From NCBI GenBank assembly GCA_964016885.1, contig OZ024746.1, positions 25,048,001 to 25,112,000 on the forward strand: a stretch of 64,000 nucleotides of DNA, given 5' to 3'. The notes under the pieces were generated by a model, which saw only the letters and a program-made list of their open reading frames with translations, had not been told where the DNA came from and made no database searches. A program made the position numbers and the translations under genes. Of this stretch, positions 43,406 through 57,002 are shown piece by piece. Source of the DNA: Eledone cirrhosa (Eukaryota). Within the stretch, counting starts at the first letter, position 1. Every line of letters starts with the position of its first letter.

Positions 43406-43544
43406 TATATAAAAGAAATATGAACATAATGTACAAAAACAGAACAGAAAACTCACAAAAATTCTAATAAAAAAAATACAGAAAAATATGAAAACTGAAA
43501 GTGGAATGACTTCTGTGAACTGTGCCTCTCCTCTACCTCTCACA

Positions 43545-44200
43545 GCACCACTACCACCTGCAGCATCACCATCACAGCTGCCACCATCTGCATCACCATC
43601 ACAGCTGCCACCATCTGCAGCACCATCACCACTACCACCTGCAGCATCACCATCACAGCTGCCACCATCTGCATCACCATCACAGCTGCCACCATCTGCA
43701 GCACCATCACCACTACCACCTGCAGCATCACCATCACAGCTGCCACCATCTGCATCACCATCACAGCTGCCACCATCTGCAGCACCATCACAGCTGCCAC
43801 CTGCAGCATCACCATCACAGCTGCCACCATCTGCATCACCATCACAGCTGCCACCATCTGCAGCACCATCACAGCTGCCACCATCTGCAGCACCATCACC
43901 ACTACCACCTGCAGCATCACCATCACAGCTGCCACCATCTGCATCACCATCACAGCTGCCACCATCTGCAGCACCATCACAGCTGCCACCATCTGCAGCA
44001 CCATCACAGCTGCCACCATCTGCAGCACCATCACAGCTGCCACCATCTGCAGCACCATCACAGCTGCCACCATCTGCAGCACCATCACAGCTGCCACCAT
44101 CTGCAGCACCATCACAGCTGCCACCATCTGCAGCACCATCACAGCTGCCACCATCTGCAGCACCATCACAGCTGCCACCATCTGCAGCACCATCATCACC
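43545..44200. repeat. 27-bp minisatellite (ccaccatctgcagcaccatcacagctg) with triplet-length variants
   Basis: Tandem units; all length variants are multiples of 3, which keeps several frames open. Confidence 0.92.
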
Positions 44201-44714
44201 TCAACCTATACCACCACCTCCACTAGCACCCGCACCAGCACCAGTAGTACCACCACCACCAGCACCACCACCTGCACCACCACCACCACCACCACCAGCA
44301 CCAGTAGTACCATCACACAATCGCCCCCCCCCCCCCCCTCCTCGCCACAAACAGCATTACCACCTACACCAACAGTGACTGCTATAAACTGCACCTCCTC
44401 TTTCACCCCCCTCTTTCTCTCTCCTATGACCACAACCACCACCTGTAGCACAATCAACACCCTCTTCACCATCACCATCTTCACAAACACCATTTGCACT
44501 ACCAACATCAGCAGCACAACTGCATGCACTCCCACCAACATCATTTGCACCAACACAAATCTGCACCACTATATGCACCAGCAGCACCAGTAGTAGTTGC
44601 AATATCCTCATCACCCCACCACCCCCACCCCCCACCATCTACAGCAGCAGTGACTCACTTGTTGCATTGGATTCATGGTCACATACCTCTAGAAAGACAT
44701 ACACACGCGTGTCG

Positions 44715-45254
44715 CAGAGAAAATATATAGAGAGAGACAGAGAGAATATACAGAGAGAGAGAGAGAGACAGAGAGAATATATATAGAGAGAGAGACAGAG
44801 AGAATATATATAGAGAGAGACAGAGAAAATATAAAGAGAGAGACAGAGAGGATATATATAGAGAGAGACAGAGAGAATATACAGAGAGAGAGAGAGAGAG
44901 AGAGAATATACAGAGAGAGAGAGACAGAGAGAATATATATATAGAGAGACAGATAAAATATAAAGAGAGAGACAGAGAGGATATATATAGAGAGAGACAG
45001 AGAGAATATACAGAGAGAGAGAGAGAGACAGAGAGAATATATATAGAGAGAGACAGAGAGAATATACAGAGAGAGAGAGAGAGAGACAGAGAGAATATAC
45101 AGAGAGAGAGAGACAGAGAGAATATACAGAGAGAGAGAGAGAGACAGAGAGAATATATATAGAGAGAGACAGAGAAAATATAAAGAGAGAGACAGAGAGG
45201 ATATATATAGAGAGAGACAGAGAGGATATAGAGACAGAGAGATAGAGAGGATAT

Positions 45255-45316
<62 letters not shown>

Positions 45317-45520
45317 GAGAAAGAGATATAGAAAGAATATAGAGAAAGCGAGGCATAGAGAAGATGGTGAGAGACAGAGAGGATATAGGGAAAGGCAAAA
45401 AGAAAGAAAGGACAGACTATAGTAAGTGAAGAGAAGTAGAGAGACAGTGAGACAAAGAGGGGCTGGAGGAAGATTAGAGGGTAAGAGCTAGAATAGATGC
45501 ATATATAGAGAGGCAGATAT

Positions 45521-45569
<49 letters not shown>

Positions 45570-45591
45570 GGGGGGAGAGAGAGAGAGAGAA

Positions 45592-45630
<39 letters not shown>
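44715..45630. repeat. (GA)n/(TA)n compound minisatellite
   Basis: Repeated gagagacagagagaatata units and pure GA runs. Confidence 0.92.
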
Positions 45631-45636
<6 letters not shown>

Positions 45637-45862
45637 CATGGTAAAAGAGAGAAAGAGCTAGAAATGGAAAGGATATGATAGAGAGGTAAAGATAGAGATA
45701 TGGAGAGGTGAGAAAAAGGTAGTGGTAATTAAAGTGAGAGAGAGAGTGAGAGAGGAGAGAGAGATAGTGGGAGGAAGAGACATTTTCCTGATGTGTATGT
45801 GTGTGATGTGACAGTGACATATGCCAATAGATCTGGACATTATTATACTGTAATGACATAGA

Positions 45863-46046
45863 GGGCGGTGGATTGGCAGTATCGGTAGAGGGTCGGACGC
45901 CATGCTTTCCAGCATAGTTACGTCCCTTTACCATCTGAGTTCAAATCCCGCCGAGGTTGACTTTGCCTTTCATCCTTACGGGGTCGATAAAATAAAGTAC
46001 CAGTAATGCACTGGTAATTGCTGGCCTTGTGCCTAAAGTAGAAACA
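45863..46046 (+). mobile_element. Young tRNA-derived SINE, full length
   Basis: A and B boxes; 21-bp TSD attatactgtaatgacataga at 45842-45862 and 46047-46067. Confidence 0.94.
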
Positions 46047-46089
46047 ATTATACTGTAATGACATAGAACAGGAGATAGTAAGGAGCCTT

Positions 46090-46870
46090 GGGTGGTGGCG
46101 TTGAGGTGGGGGATGGGGGTGGAGTGTTGTTGCATTGGTGGGGTGTTGTTGTTGGGGTGGTGGGGGTGTTGTTGTTATGGTGGGATGTTGTTGTTGGGGT
46201 GGTGGGGGTGTTGTTGTTGGGGTGGGGTGTTGTTGTGGTGGGGTGTTGTTGTGCTGGGCTGTTGTTGTTGTGGTCGGGTGTTGTTGTTGGTGTGGGGTTT
46301 TGTTGCATTGGTGGGGTGTTGTTGTTGTGGTGGGGGTGTTGTTGCATTGGTGAGCTGTTGTTGTGGTGGGGTGTTGTTGTGGTGGGGTGTTGTTGCATTG
46401 GTGGGGTGTTGTTGTTATGGTGGGATGTTGTTGTTGTTGTTGTGGTGGGGTGCTGTTGCATTGGTGGGATGTTGTTGTTGGGGTGGTGGGGTGTTGTTGC
46501 ATTGGTGGGGTGTTGGGGTGTTGTTGCATTGGTGGGGTGTTGTTGTGGTGGTGGGGTGTTGTTGTTGTGGTGGGGTGTTGTTGTTGTGGTGGAGTGTTGT
46601 TGTTGTGGTGGTGGAGTGTTGTTGTTGTTGTAGGGTGTTGTTGTGGTGGGGTGGTGTTGTTGTGGTGGGGTGTTGTAGCTGTGGTGGGGTGTTGTAGCTG
46701 TGGTGGGGTGTTGTTGTTGTGGTGGGGTGTTGTTGTTGTGGTGGGGTGTTGTTGTTGTGGTGATATGTACTGGACAGCGGTGGTGGTATAGTGGTATGGT
46801 GGTGAGGTGTACTTTAATGGGGGTGGTGTGTTGGTGATGTAATTGTTATGGTGGTGGTGGTGGGGGATGT
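46090..46870. repeat. G/T-rich (GTT)n/GGGG minisatellite
   Basis: Repeating ggtggggtgttgttg units. Confidence 0.9.
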
Positions 46871-46999
46871 GGTGTAGTTAAAAGGACATTTAGCAATGGT
46901 TCCAGAAATATCATTACACCAGATACAGGGGGGAGGGACACAGCAATGTATAAATAACTGTAATAAAACTTATATAGAATACAAGGTGCACATGTCTAC

Positions 47000-47795
47000 A
47001 AGCGTGCGTGGGTGTGTTTATATATATTCTATTTATGTACATTGTACTTGCGTGTGTATGTGTATGCAAGTATGTATGCATATGTGTATGCGTGTAGATA
47101 TATCTGTATGCGTGTGCATGTGTATGTGCACATATGTGTATGCATTTGTATGCGTGCACATGTATCTGTGCAAGCATGTGTAAGGGGGCATATGTTTCTA
47201 TGTAGATGTGTGTATATGTGTGCATAAGCATATGTGCATGTGTCTATCTATGCATGTGTAAGAGTGCTTACATGTGTGTGTATTTGCATGTGCATATGTA
47301 TAAGTGTGCATGTATGTATGTGTGTACATATATGTGCATGCATATGTACACATGTATGTATGTATGTATATTTATGTGCATGTATATATGTATGTGCACA
47401 TATGTGTGTGAGCATGTTTGCATTTGCATGTATAATTGCATACAAATGTGTACATGTGTATGCATCTGCATATGTGACTATGTGTGTGTGTGTCTATATG
47501 TTTGCACATCTATGTATGTTTGTGCACCTATGTATGTATGCATACATATACGTATGTATGTGTGTGCATGTGTGAGTGTGCATGCATATGAGCATATATG
47601 CAAATGCATGTATGTATATGTGTGCTTGTGTATATGTATGTGCGCAGATGCATATTCTCACACATATGTTTGTTTACAGACACGTGTATATTCTATTAAC
47701 GACATTTGCACGTCTAAATGGACATACTTTCACATAAATATAGTTATATAGTCATGAAATGTAACTATATGTGTATAGTTACATATGTATGCATT

Positions 47796-47835
<40 letters not shown>

Positions 47836-48322
47836 AACACACTGAGTCTAACTCATGTCAACATGGAAAACAGACGTAAATTGATGATGAAGATGATGAT
47901 GGTGGAGGTGGTGACACTGATGAGTGATGTCGATGATGATGATGATGTAAAGAAAGAGAAAAAGGAAGAGTGTGGATGGAGAAGTTGGTAGAGAAATGCA
48001 GTTTTCAATGTATATTTTTCAAGAAATTGATTAATTCTAACGAAATACACATACACATATATATGCCCACTCACAAATACACATATATGCAATCACATAC
48101 ACACATAAATATGCACACACATACACGAACACATAAGTAAACACATGAGCACACATACACATGTACACACATACACATACTCATGAAAACACACACACAC
48201 ATAAACACAAACAAATGCATATGCATCCAAACAAACATACACACACACACAGACATGCACACAAATCCATATGCATCTAAATAGAAACATCAAAGTAAAA
48301 TATAGATACACATATATGCAAA

Positions 48323-48355
<33 letters not shown>
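47000..48355. repeat. Degenerate alternating purine-pyrimidine (TG/CA/TA) tracts
   Basis: Directly visible. Confidence 0.85.
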
Positions 48356-48357
<2 letters not shown>

Positions 48358-50785
48358 TCCTCCTCATCATCATCGTTGTTTTGCCCCCATTTGCCAAGCT
48401 GACATTGGTTGGATGACTGTCCTGTTCTGAGACTAGGACAAATCATTCAGCATGTTTCCATGGCAGAATGCCCTCTCTAACACCAACTGCTTCACTGTGT
48501 ATATTCCATGAATTTTATCATGGCACCAGCACAATCACTTTAGAGAAACTGCCTATAATTTTCAAATAATTTTGAAAATTATTAAGAATTGAAAAGGATG
48601 TAACAAATTTTTTTCATGGTGATCTACAAAATAAAAACAGCCAGTACATGCTGCAAAGTGATTGGTGTAAGGAAGGGCATCAGTCATAGAAAGCTTGCCA
48701 AACAAGGAGTTCAGAGAACCTTTCAGTTTGTGTCAAAAAACACAACTTTTCCTCTACACTGGATAGAATATATGACCATATATAAGCAAGATGCAGACCC
48801 CTCGGCCTGTCTGGGAGATCAGTAGCCCTACTCAGTACTTATTTGGTATATGTAGACCTATCCAACACCTTGCTAACAGAGAAAGTAGATGTTAAACGAT
48901 GGTGATGATGATGAAGCTGATGTTTGGAACATAACAAAAGTTCTTATCTAAAATCCCTCTATCATAAATTTATGTAAGTATAGACATTTCAAAATAAATA
49001 GTTTTGAATCATTAAACCAGGGCAGTTTCAGGCAGTTTGGTCTGAAAGGGGTCAATCATTAATATCTTGGTCTGTTATTGACAGTAGTGGTCATTGTGTG
49101 TATTGATGATACATTGACAAAGTGACCACTATTCTTGACTGTTACTGACCACACATCAAAAGATCTCCAAAGGCCATTCAATCTAGTCTGTTATTGAGAG
49201 TTGTGGTTATTTTGTGTATTGACCATACAGATAAATAACATGTGGTCTGTTATTGATATATCAACATATTGATTGATACTCCATCAGTTTTGAAGTTGAG
49301 TGACTGAGCATTCCTTTGTTCAATCAACTGACTGTCCTATTTCATCAAATTAACATGCATGTGGCTGAGTATTCCACAAACCAATGCAACCCTTAACACA
49401 GGTCTTAGGCAGAATCAGCATGACACTGTATGACAAGTATGGCCTTTGGAATTACAGGTACAGTCCACCTTGTAATATACTGTAAGTGGCTGAGTATTCC
49501 ACATGTGCCAATTCTGCCCCTGGAATTACAAGTACTGGAGTTGATTTAATCGACTTTCCCCTCCCTCCAAATTGCTGACCTTATGTCTAAATCAGAAGCC
49601 ATTATAGTGTAAATGGCTGAGTATTCCACAGACAAACATACACTTAATGTAATTCTCAGGGAGATTCAGCATGATCATGTTTGAAAAGCTGATCTTTTGA
49701 ATTACAATTACAGGTCATCTGATGGGTTTCCATTTACCTAATTTCACACATAAACCTTCGGTCAACCCAAGATTGTCTCTCTCTCTCTAACCACGTCACT
49801 TTCTCAAATTCCCACTCACTACCCTCCCCTCCCTTATCCTTTCTCTCTCTCTCTCTCTCTGACACCGTCTTTCTCACTACCTCTGCCCTATCTCACTCAC
49901 GCTCTCCCTCTTACCCACCTGCTATCTCTCTCTTTCACCAAGCAACAATTAACTATTTATTTACAGCCCCAACCACAGCCACACCCAATCGTCATCAGTA
50001 ATAACCATTTATCAACTATCCACATTATGTCAGTGGAATTGGTCAAAAACCAGAACTCCCAGACAGAGGGCTGTTCAATTGACCATTCCTAAACATAAAT
50101 AAAGAGAACAGTAATTCCTAGAACTGTCTCCAGATTGTGATGTCCAACCAATCATATGACAGCATAGAAAGTGAATCTAAAATAATGATTAAAATGATAT
50201 ATGTAGGTTTATAACTAACCTATATTATCATAAGAGCGCTGTCTGTCTGCCCGTCCCTCCGTCTATCATGTTCACTTTATATAGATAGGGGGAGCGCCAA
50301 GCAAGAGATATGTACACAGAGAGAGATAGAGGATTGCCGTGTGTTTTCAAGGTGACAGAAAGAGGTAGATAGACAGAAAGTTACGACATCGCCCACATCT
50401 ATATAGAGAGAGGTGGAGTGGCAAGCAAGAGATATGTACATAGAGAGAGAAAAGGGAGTACAGTGTGTTTTCAACGAGACTCAAAGATGTAGTTAGACAG
50501 AAAGTTGTGTTGCCCTCATCTATATATAGAGAGAGGGAGACCAAAGCAAAAGAGATGTACATAAATAGAGAAAAAAGGAACGTCAATAGTTTAGAGAGAG
50601 GGAGCATGCGTGTGTGTGTGACACAAAGAGAGAGAAGACGTTGCCCTCATCTAGTATATATATATATATATATATACACATAAGGTCATAGGTAAGTCAC
50701 CACGGCATATTTACACCAGTTGGTACTGACCACTAATATGCACAACGAAAGGTAATGTTTTGTTAATTTTAATTTAATTTTTTTA

Positions 50786-50858
50786 TAAACCCTGATGAAA
50801 TGGTCTACAGGAGCGTATTACACGTTCTTAGTAGTCTGGCAAAACATATGTCGGCTAA
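50786..50858 (+). ncRNA. Degenerate hammerhead-like motif
   Basis: cc-CTGATGA-long hairpin (ctac aggagcgt..acgttctt agtag)-AAAAC atat GTC-gg; G12 replaced by A and stem I weak. Confidence 0.4.
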
Positions 50859-50905
50859 TTAAATGTACAACAGTCTGGGTTCTTTTGTTTTTATATATAT
50901 ATATA

Positions 50906-51643
50906 AGCAAGTATTGCACCAAGAAGAATATAAACATCGGCGTGAAAGGAGATTAGGAATTTATTTGCTTTAACATATGTTTCTGTGTTTATTAAAATCG
51001 TCTACATATACTAACTATAATATATATTGTTCAATCATATGTAATACTTAATTATTTACCACACTTCATCAGAAAGCCTATAATTGTGGAAGTGACTATT
51101 CACTATGCTGTAGAATTCATGAATGGGATTTTCATTTAAGGAAATGTAAATAAGTTAAAATGACAATAAAAATAGAATAAAATACAGTCAGTTAGTGAGA
51201 TAGTAGTGAGTAGAGGGAGTGGGGGGTAAAGAGTTTCACCTTATCAATCTATGTGCTGTGATGTGGAACAATTATTCTTTGACCATTGGTATGGGTGAAG
51301 GTGTTGATGTTTGCCATATATGGTCGAGAGGATAGAAAAGGAAAGGGTAGAAATTAAGAGTAGGGTAGAGTGGTTAGGGAGGAAGGGAATTAAGAAAATG
51401 AGATTGTTTTGAATAGGTGTGAATTTTTTTGGGTAGGTGTGAAAAATTCAAATGCCGCAAGAAATGTACTAAATCGAATGTAGTAAAATCTAGGTATTAG
51501 GGATCAAATCTTGTTCTCGTCCAGTTTGTATTTAGCAAAGCTTTTTAGAACCTTGTGTTTGCCAGGAATTTAGAATGTCCTTTCCGGTCACTATTTCAAT
51601 GACCTCCACCAGACATAATCCACAGGGGCGTCTTTCATTCCGG
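50906..51643 (-). mobile_element. 5'-truncated Penelope-like element 3' end (GIY-YIG C-terminal relic, 3' UTR, hammerhead)
   Basis: 51642-51532 translates RNERRPCGLCLVEVIEIVTGKDILNS, matching the C-x-LCL-x-E...LN motif at the end of PLE endonucleases; hammerhead downstream; (TA)n at both ends. Confidence 0.7.
50967..51077 (-). ncRNA. Type I hammerhead ribozyme motif with long stem II, family C-like
   Basis: Minus strand: gcttt-CTGATGA-agtgtg..~70 nt..caca-GAAAC atat GTT-aaagc; perfect 5-bp stem I and palindromic ACATATGT. Confidence 0.72.
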
Positions 51644-51811
51644 TATATATAAATTTATATATACATGTATATCATTTCATTTTACGTACACTTTTTCCCT
51701 GCTTGCAAGGGTGTGACGGGAACTGATTTTGGCTTGGTTTCTACAGCTGGATGCCCTTCCTAACACCAACCTCATTTACAGTGAGTGCTGTGGCACCTAC
51801 ACGACCACTTT

Positions 51812-52222
<411 letters not shown>

Positions 52223-52342
52223 CACATATATGTATATATATATATATATAACAAAGGAAATGTGGTAAGGAACCAGATGGACCATAACACACCAAAGTAC
52301 TCAATACTTGGGGTAGTAGAGTGGGTAATAGGAACGAGTAGG

Positions 52343-52438
52343 ACCCCGACGGCTGAGCTCAAGCCGTTTCGACGGCTAATTCTGGACTAAATGAACATTT
52401 TTATCCTGGAACATGAATAGCCGAGCTTCTCAGGGGGT
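52343..52438 (-). ncRNA. Type I hammerhead motif, family D (G8 read as A)
   Basis: acccc-CTGAGAA-gctcggcta..tagccgtc-GAA ACGGCT tgagctc AGCCGT C-ggggt; stems intact, one core substitution. Confidence 0.65.
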
Positions 52439-53412
52439 AATTCCATATATGGTAAAAGTGATTGTCACAAGTATTGGTCAAAAGTTTGTTGTTGAGACAC
52501 ATGATTCTATCATGGCATTTTGTGGAAGGAAGGGGTAGCTGAACTTGCCGGTAGAAGAAAGAGGGAGAGGGAGTGGAGGAAACCCAGTCGTGCGTTGATA
52601 GTGCCAACTACAGCGGGATCCTAAGGGTAGGAGGTCAAGAAAGTATACTAGGGAGGGGGATGAAGTCGAGACAGTAAGTAAATCAATATGGAGTGAATAT
52701 ATAGAGGGATAATAGGAATGTTAAAAATATAAAAAAACAATTTCTGGTTACTATTCCCTTACCACAATCATCAAGTCTCTCACTGGTACTGCTAAACTAT
52801 AGAGAAGTTTAATAGGTGGGACGGAATTGTAGTGAAAGAATTTCATGAGTTAGTAGTAATCATCCAAATCTATCTTACAGTGACAGGTCAACAAGTAGGG
52901 GGCCAAAATACTAAAGAAACTACTACTAGATAATAATTCAGAGTCCCGAAACTAATACGAAATAATAATTCAGAATCCCGAAAATGAATACTAATACAAT
53001 CTATAAGGGTGCCGCTACGATACAGAAATTCTAATACAAACTACATAAATGCTCGTACGGTATATATGAAAAATTTGATACAAAAAAATTAATTCAGAAC
53101 GCTATTTAGGTTATTTCTTCCATAGGGGTTGAGTTTTTTGTTGTTAGAGGAGACGATGTTTTGTGCAAAGTTAGGTGTGGTGCTGTAGGAGAGTTTGAAG
53201 GTATTTTTGTTGATTATATTGTGGTAGCGGTGTTGTAGTGGGAAGTGTTTTTCGATGAGCCTAAAGAAGATTTCCCGATAGGTGTTGTCACCTCGGCGTT
53301 GTGGGGAGGATTGAACCATGTTACGTTGCGTGAGCAGCGGTGTCGCCTGCTGGTTCCGCTAATGGAAGCTGGACCAATCCTTGTGACAATCACTTTTACC
53401 ATATATGGAATT

Positions 53413-53508
53413 ACCCCCTAAGAAGCTCGGCTATTCATGTACCAGGATAAAAATTTTCATTTAGTCCAGAATTAGCCGTCGAAACGGCTTGAGCTCAGCC
53501 GTCGGGGT
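53413..53508 (+). ncRNA. Inverted family D hammerhead copy (core CTAAGAA, probably inactive)
   Basis: Same stems as the 52343 copy, with a further core substitution. Confidence 0.5.
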
Positions 53509-53559
53509 CCTACTCGTTCCTATAGATATATATACATTTAATGTCAATGCACTTAGCAG

Positions 53560-54600
53560 CACTGATGCTCAAAGAAAAAGACCTGGAAATGCTACTATGA
53601 AAGGCTAATGAATGTGGAGAATGAGTGTGGGGTAAGGTGACTATACACATGTTACTCAGTAAAAGGACTAGCTATTGAGGTTGACAGTTACAGGGTCAAA
53701 GAAGAAATCAAGGAGATGTAAAAGAATAAAGCCGCAGCACCATCAGAGATAGTCGCTGAGATGCTAAAAGCATAAAGATAAGTCGGGGCTAAACTAGTCA
53801 CTTGCATAATCAATCAGGTGATACAGGATGGAGTAATACTCAACAACTGGTGCAACAGTATACTAATTAATTACTACAACGGAAAAGATGACATTATAGA
53901 ATGGGGCAACTACAGAGGAATAAAACTAACCAACCAAGTTATCAAAGTAACAGAAAGAGTTCTAGCACAACTAATTAGGGAAAGTGTTAAATTAGATGAG
54001 ATGTAGTTTGGCTTTGTATCTGGGAGAAAGAAGTACTACAGATGCACGCTTCCTAGTGAGATGACTACAAGAGAAGTTTCCAGCAAAGAATAAGCTGCAT
54101 TATTTAACTTTTGTTGATCTAGAAAAGGTATTTGACAGAGCACTTCAATCTATTATCTAGTCGTCCTTAAGGAAATTTAGTGTAGAAAAATCGCTTGTGA
54201 AAGGAGTGCAAGCCATGTACAGAGAAGTTGTCAGTAAAGTGATAGTAGATAATGAATATAGTGCAGAATTCAAGGTACATCAAGGTAGATTTACATAGTA
54301 GATAATGAGTATATTGAGGAATTCAAGGTGCATCAGGGCTTGGCTCTCAGCCCACATCTGTTTATTATAGTTCTTCAGGACATAATAGAGGAGTTTAAGA
54401 CCAGCTGCTGTGGGAATTACTACATGCTGATGATCTGGTTCTTATAGCTGAATCAGTGGAAAAAATAGAGAATAAATTCTGGTTGTGAAAACAAAACTTA
54501 AAATCAAAAGTGCTGAGAGTAAACTTTGGAAAAACTAAAGAGTTGATAAGTAGGAAAGAAGATAGGGCCCTGATCCCATCAGTTGGACAGAAACCGTAAG
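53560..54600 (+). pseudogene. RTE-clade LINE reverse transcriptase relic
   Basis: GNYRGIKL..KVTERVL, FGF, FVDLEKVFDR, VHQG..LSP.LFIIVL and LLHADDLVLIAES motifs, broken by stops and frameshifts. Confidence 0.9.
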
Positions 54601-55514
54601 AAAGTCCATCATGTGTGTGTGTGTGTGTGTGCATGTCAGTACTTGTGTGTGTGTGTATGTGTGACTCCTTTAAAAAGACAATGGTGATGTTTCTTTATGC
54701 CCTACATTAAGCGAAAGACAATACATCTTACAGCTTCTGACTCTATGGAGGTCACTACTATATTCCATACTTAGAAATAATGTATGGGTTGGTATCAAGA
54801 TGGGCATCCAGTAATAAATAAAAATGCTGCAAAAAGGCCTCATTCAATTCATGCCAGCATCAAATGATGGACATAAAAATGATGGTAGTAACGATAGAAA
54901 TGATGGTAGTAACAATAGAAATGATGATGATGATATATACATCGAAACTGGTTTTGATAAGCAAACTATATCAGCAGAACTTTAATATACATACATCCAC
55001 ATATATATATCATTATCATCATAATTCCATCAGCTGGAGTGGGGGAGATGCATGAGGATTGGGGAGGTAGATCTAGAGACTAGGGTGAGGTGTGTGTGGT
55101 ATTAGGATGTGGGAGGTGTATAGAAGGGGGTAAGTGGTGTATACTAGATGTGTGCTTCAATTCATGCATATATATATATATATATATACATACATATACA
55201 TACATCTCACCCTGTCCTATGCACTAACTCACCAAACAACAATCAACTGTTTATTTACCACTTCCACCACACCCAGTTGTCATCAGTAACAACTATCAAC
55301 TATCCATGAAATGTCTGTAAAATTGGTCAAAAACCAGAACTCCCAGACAGAGGGCTGTTTAATTGACCATTCCTAAACATAAATAAAGAGAACAGTAATT
55401 CCCTAGAACTGTCTCCAGATTGTGACGTCCCACCAATCATATGACAGCATGGAAAGTGGATGTAAAATGATAATGATTAAAATGGTATATGTAGGTGTAT
55501 ACTAATATTTACAT

Positions 55515-55865
55515 ACATCATCATCATTGTTTAATGTCTATTTTCCACACTAGCATCATCATCACCGTTTAACATCCATTTTTCTAAGCTAGCATGAATT
55601 AGACACGTTGTCCTGTTGAGAGATAGGCCAACTCATGTGCGCATGTCTTGCTCATACAGAACTGATTTTGGCTTCGTTTCTACAGCTGGATGCCCTTCCT
55701 AAGGCCAACCACATTTACAGTGTGTACTGGGTACTTTTTGTTATGGCACCTACACAATCACTTTACAGTGTGGGCTGGGTGCTTTCTGCCATGACACCTA
55801 CATGATCCCTTTACAGTGTGGACTGGGAACTTTTTGCCGTGGCACCTATACGACCACTTTACAGT
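55515..55865 (-). mobile_element. RTE-tail SINE-like repeat with ~48-bp internal tandem units (similar copies at 59505-59750, 60040-60260, and plus strand 40205-40360, 63820-63960)
   Basis: Same diagnostic motifs as the 38015 cluster. Confidence 0.75.
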
Positions 55866-56749
55866 ATATATATTTGTAAATCCTGGGGTACTCTATATAA
55901 TAAATATATAGTACCTAGTAGTGCTATTTTCTGTATGCTATATATATGTATGTAAATCCTGGGGTACTATATTGGTAGTGTGGAAAGGACTAAGCTAAGT
56001 TGAGCTAAGCTAAGCTAAGCCAAACCAAGCTGAGCTAGACAGAGCTGTGTTCGCCGATCTGATCCGAGGTCCCTGATCCTATCTTAGATTCCTGATTCAA
56101 TATTGGATCCCCAATGTGATCCCGGACCCATGATTTGATACTGCATCCCCAATTTGATACCAGATCTCTAATCCAATAACAGATCCCGATTTGTTACAAA
56201 TCCTCAATCTGATACCGGTTTTGTTATTATATATTGAATAAGGTCAGTAGATTGGCAAGGTTGTTAGAGTATTGGATAAATATTTAGTTGTATTTGTTCT
56301 GGCTCTTCACATTCTGAGTTCAAATCCCACAAAGATCAACTTTACCTCTCAGCCTTTCACTATTGATAAAATGAAATACCTGGAGCCAATATAAATGATG
56401 TTCCCTTCCACCAATAATTGCAGGCCTTAGAAATTGTTATTGTATCATCCTCATCATTTAATGTCTGCTCTCCCAGCTAGCAAGGGTTGGATAGGTCTAC
56501 ATTGACCAAATCAGTACTGAAGCAGAGCTACTGATCTCCCAGACAGACCTGGGGTGGGTGGGAATATATGTGTGTATACTGTGAGCTTGCAGTGGTTTTA
56601 AACAGTGCTCTTTTTAATATGCAGTCGGAAAATATTTCATTTGAGTTACAAAAAACTGTACAAAAATATACAATTCACAGACTACAATATATATATGTGT
56701 GTATGTGTGTGTGTATATTCCCAGAGTTGTGTCGGGGGTGGGGGCCAAA

Positions 56750-56937
56750 GTTAAAAGATGTACTCAATACATTGGTAGAGTATAGGCATCTTTATTATAT
56801 ATATAGAAATTACTTCTACAAAACTAGAACTGTTTCATTTGTATGAAATCATCAGGAATGTCTCAATGATTTCACTCTTGATGATTTTATTCCTGATGAT
56901 TTCATATGAATGAAACAGGTCTAGTCCTGTAGAAGTC

Positions 56938-56945
<8 letters not shown>
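56750..56945. mobile_element. Family A head-to-head pseudo-LTR pair with hammerhead cores on both strands
   Basis: Plus strand: ttc-CTGATGA(56893)-tttcatatgaat-GAAACAGGtctagtCCTGTA-gaag. The minus copy at 56805-56860 carries the family tail. Followed by (TA)n. Confidence 0.7.

Positions 56946-57002
<57 letters not shown>

Larger units (their letters stand above)
52255..53523 (-). mobile_element. 5'-truncated Penelope-like retroelement with inverted pseudo-LTRs
   Basis: Frameshifted RNVTWFNPPHNAEVTTPIG / IFFRLIEKHFPLQHRYHNIINKNTFKLSYSTTPNFAQNIVSSNNKKL (about 53100-53345), the conserved PLE segment downstream of the RT core; 152-bp inverted arms at 52328-52479 and 53372-53523. Confidence 0.85.

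Noticed and set aside
42905-43543. Asp-rich, His-rich and Met/Val-rich ORFs
   Set aside because: Trinucleotide repeat artefacts.
43488-44378. 296-aa Pro/Ser/Ala-rich ORF
   Set aside because: Produced by a 27-bp minisatellite that is open in several frames on both strands; no other coding evidence.
45863-45955. tRNA gene
   Set aside because: The A and B boxes belong to a SINE head; there is no full cloverleaf, and the unit has TSDs and multiple copies.
44679-48446. Leu/Ser, Cys/Val and Gly/Val ORFs
   Set aside because: All derive from GA, GT and GTT simple repeats.
50219-50722. Third Helitron-like element (ctatattat..gtctgtctg start)
   Set aside because: The 3' hairpin and CTAG terminus are too degenerate to call.
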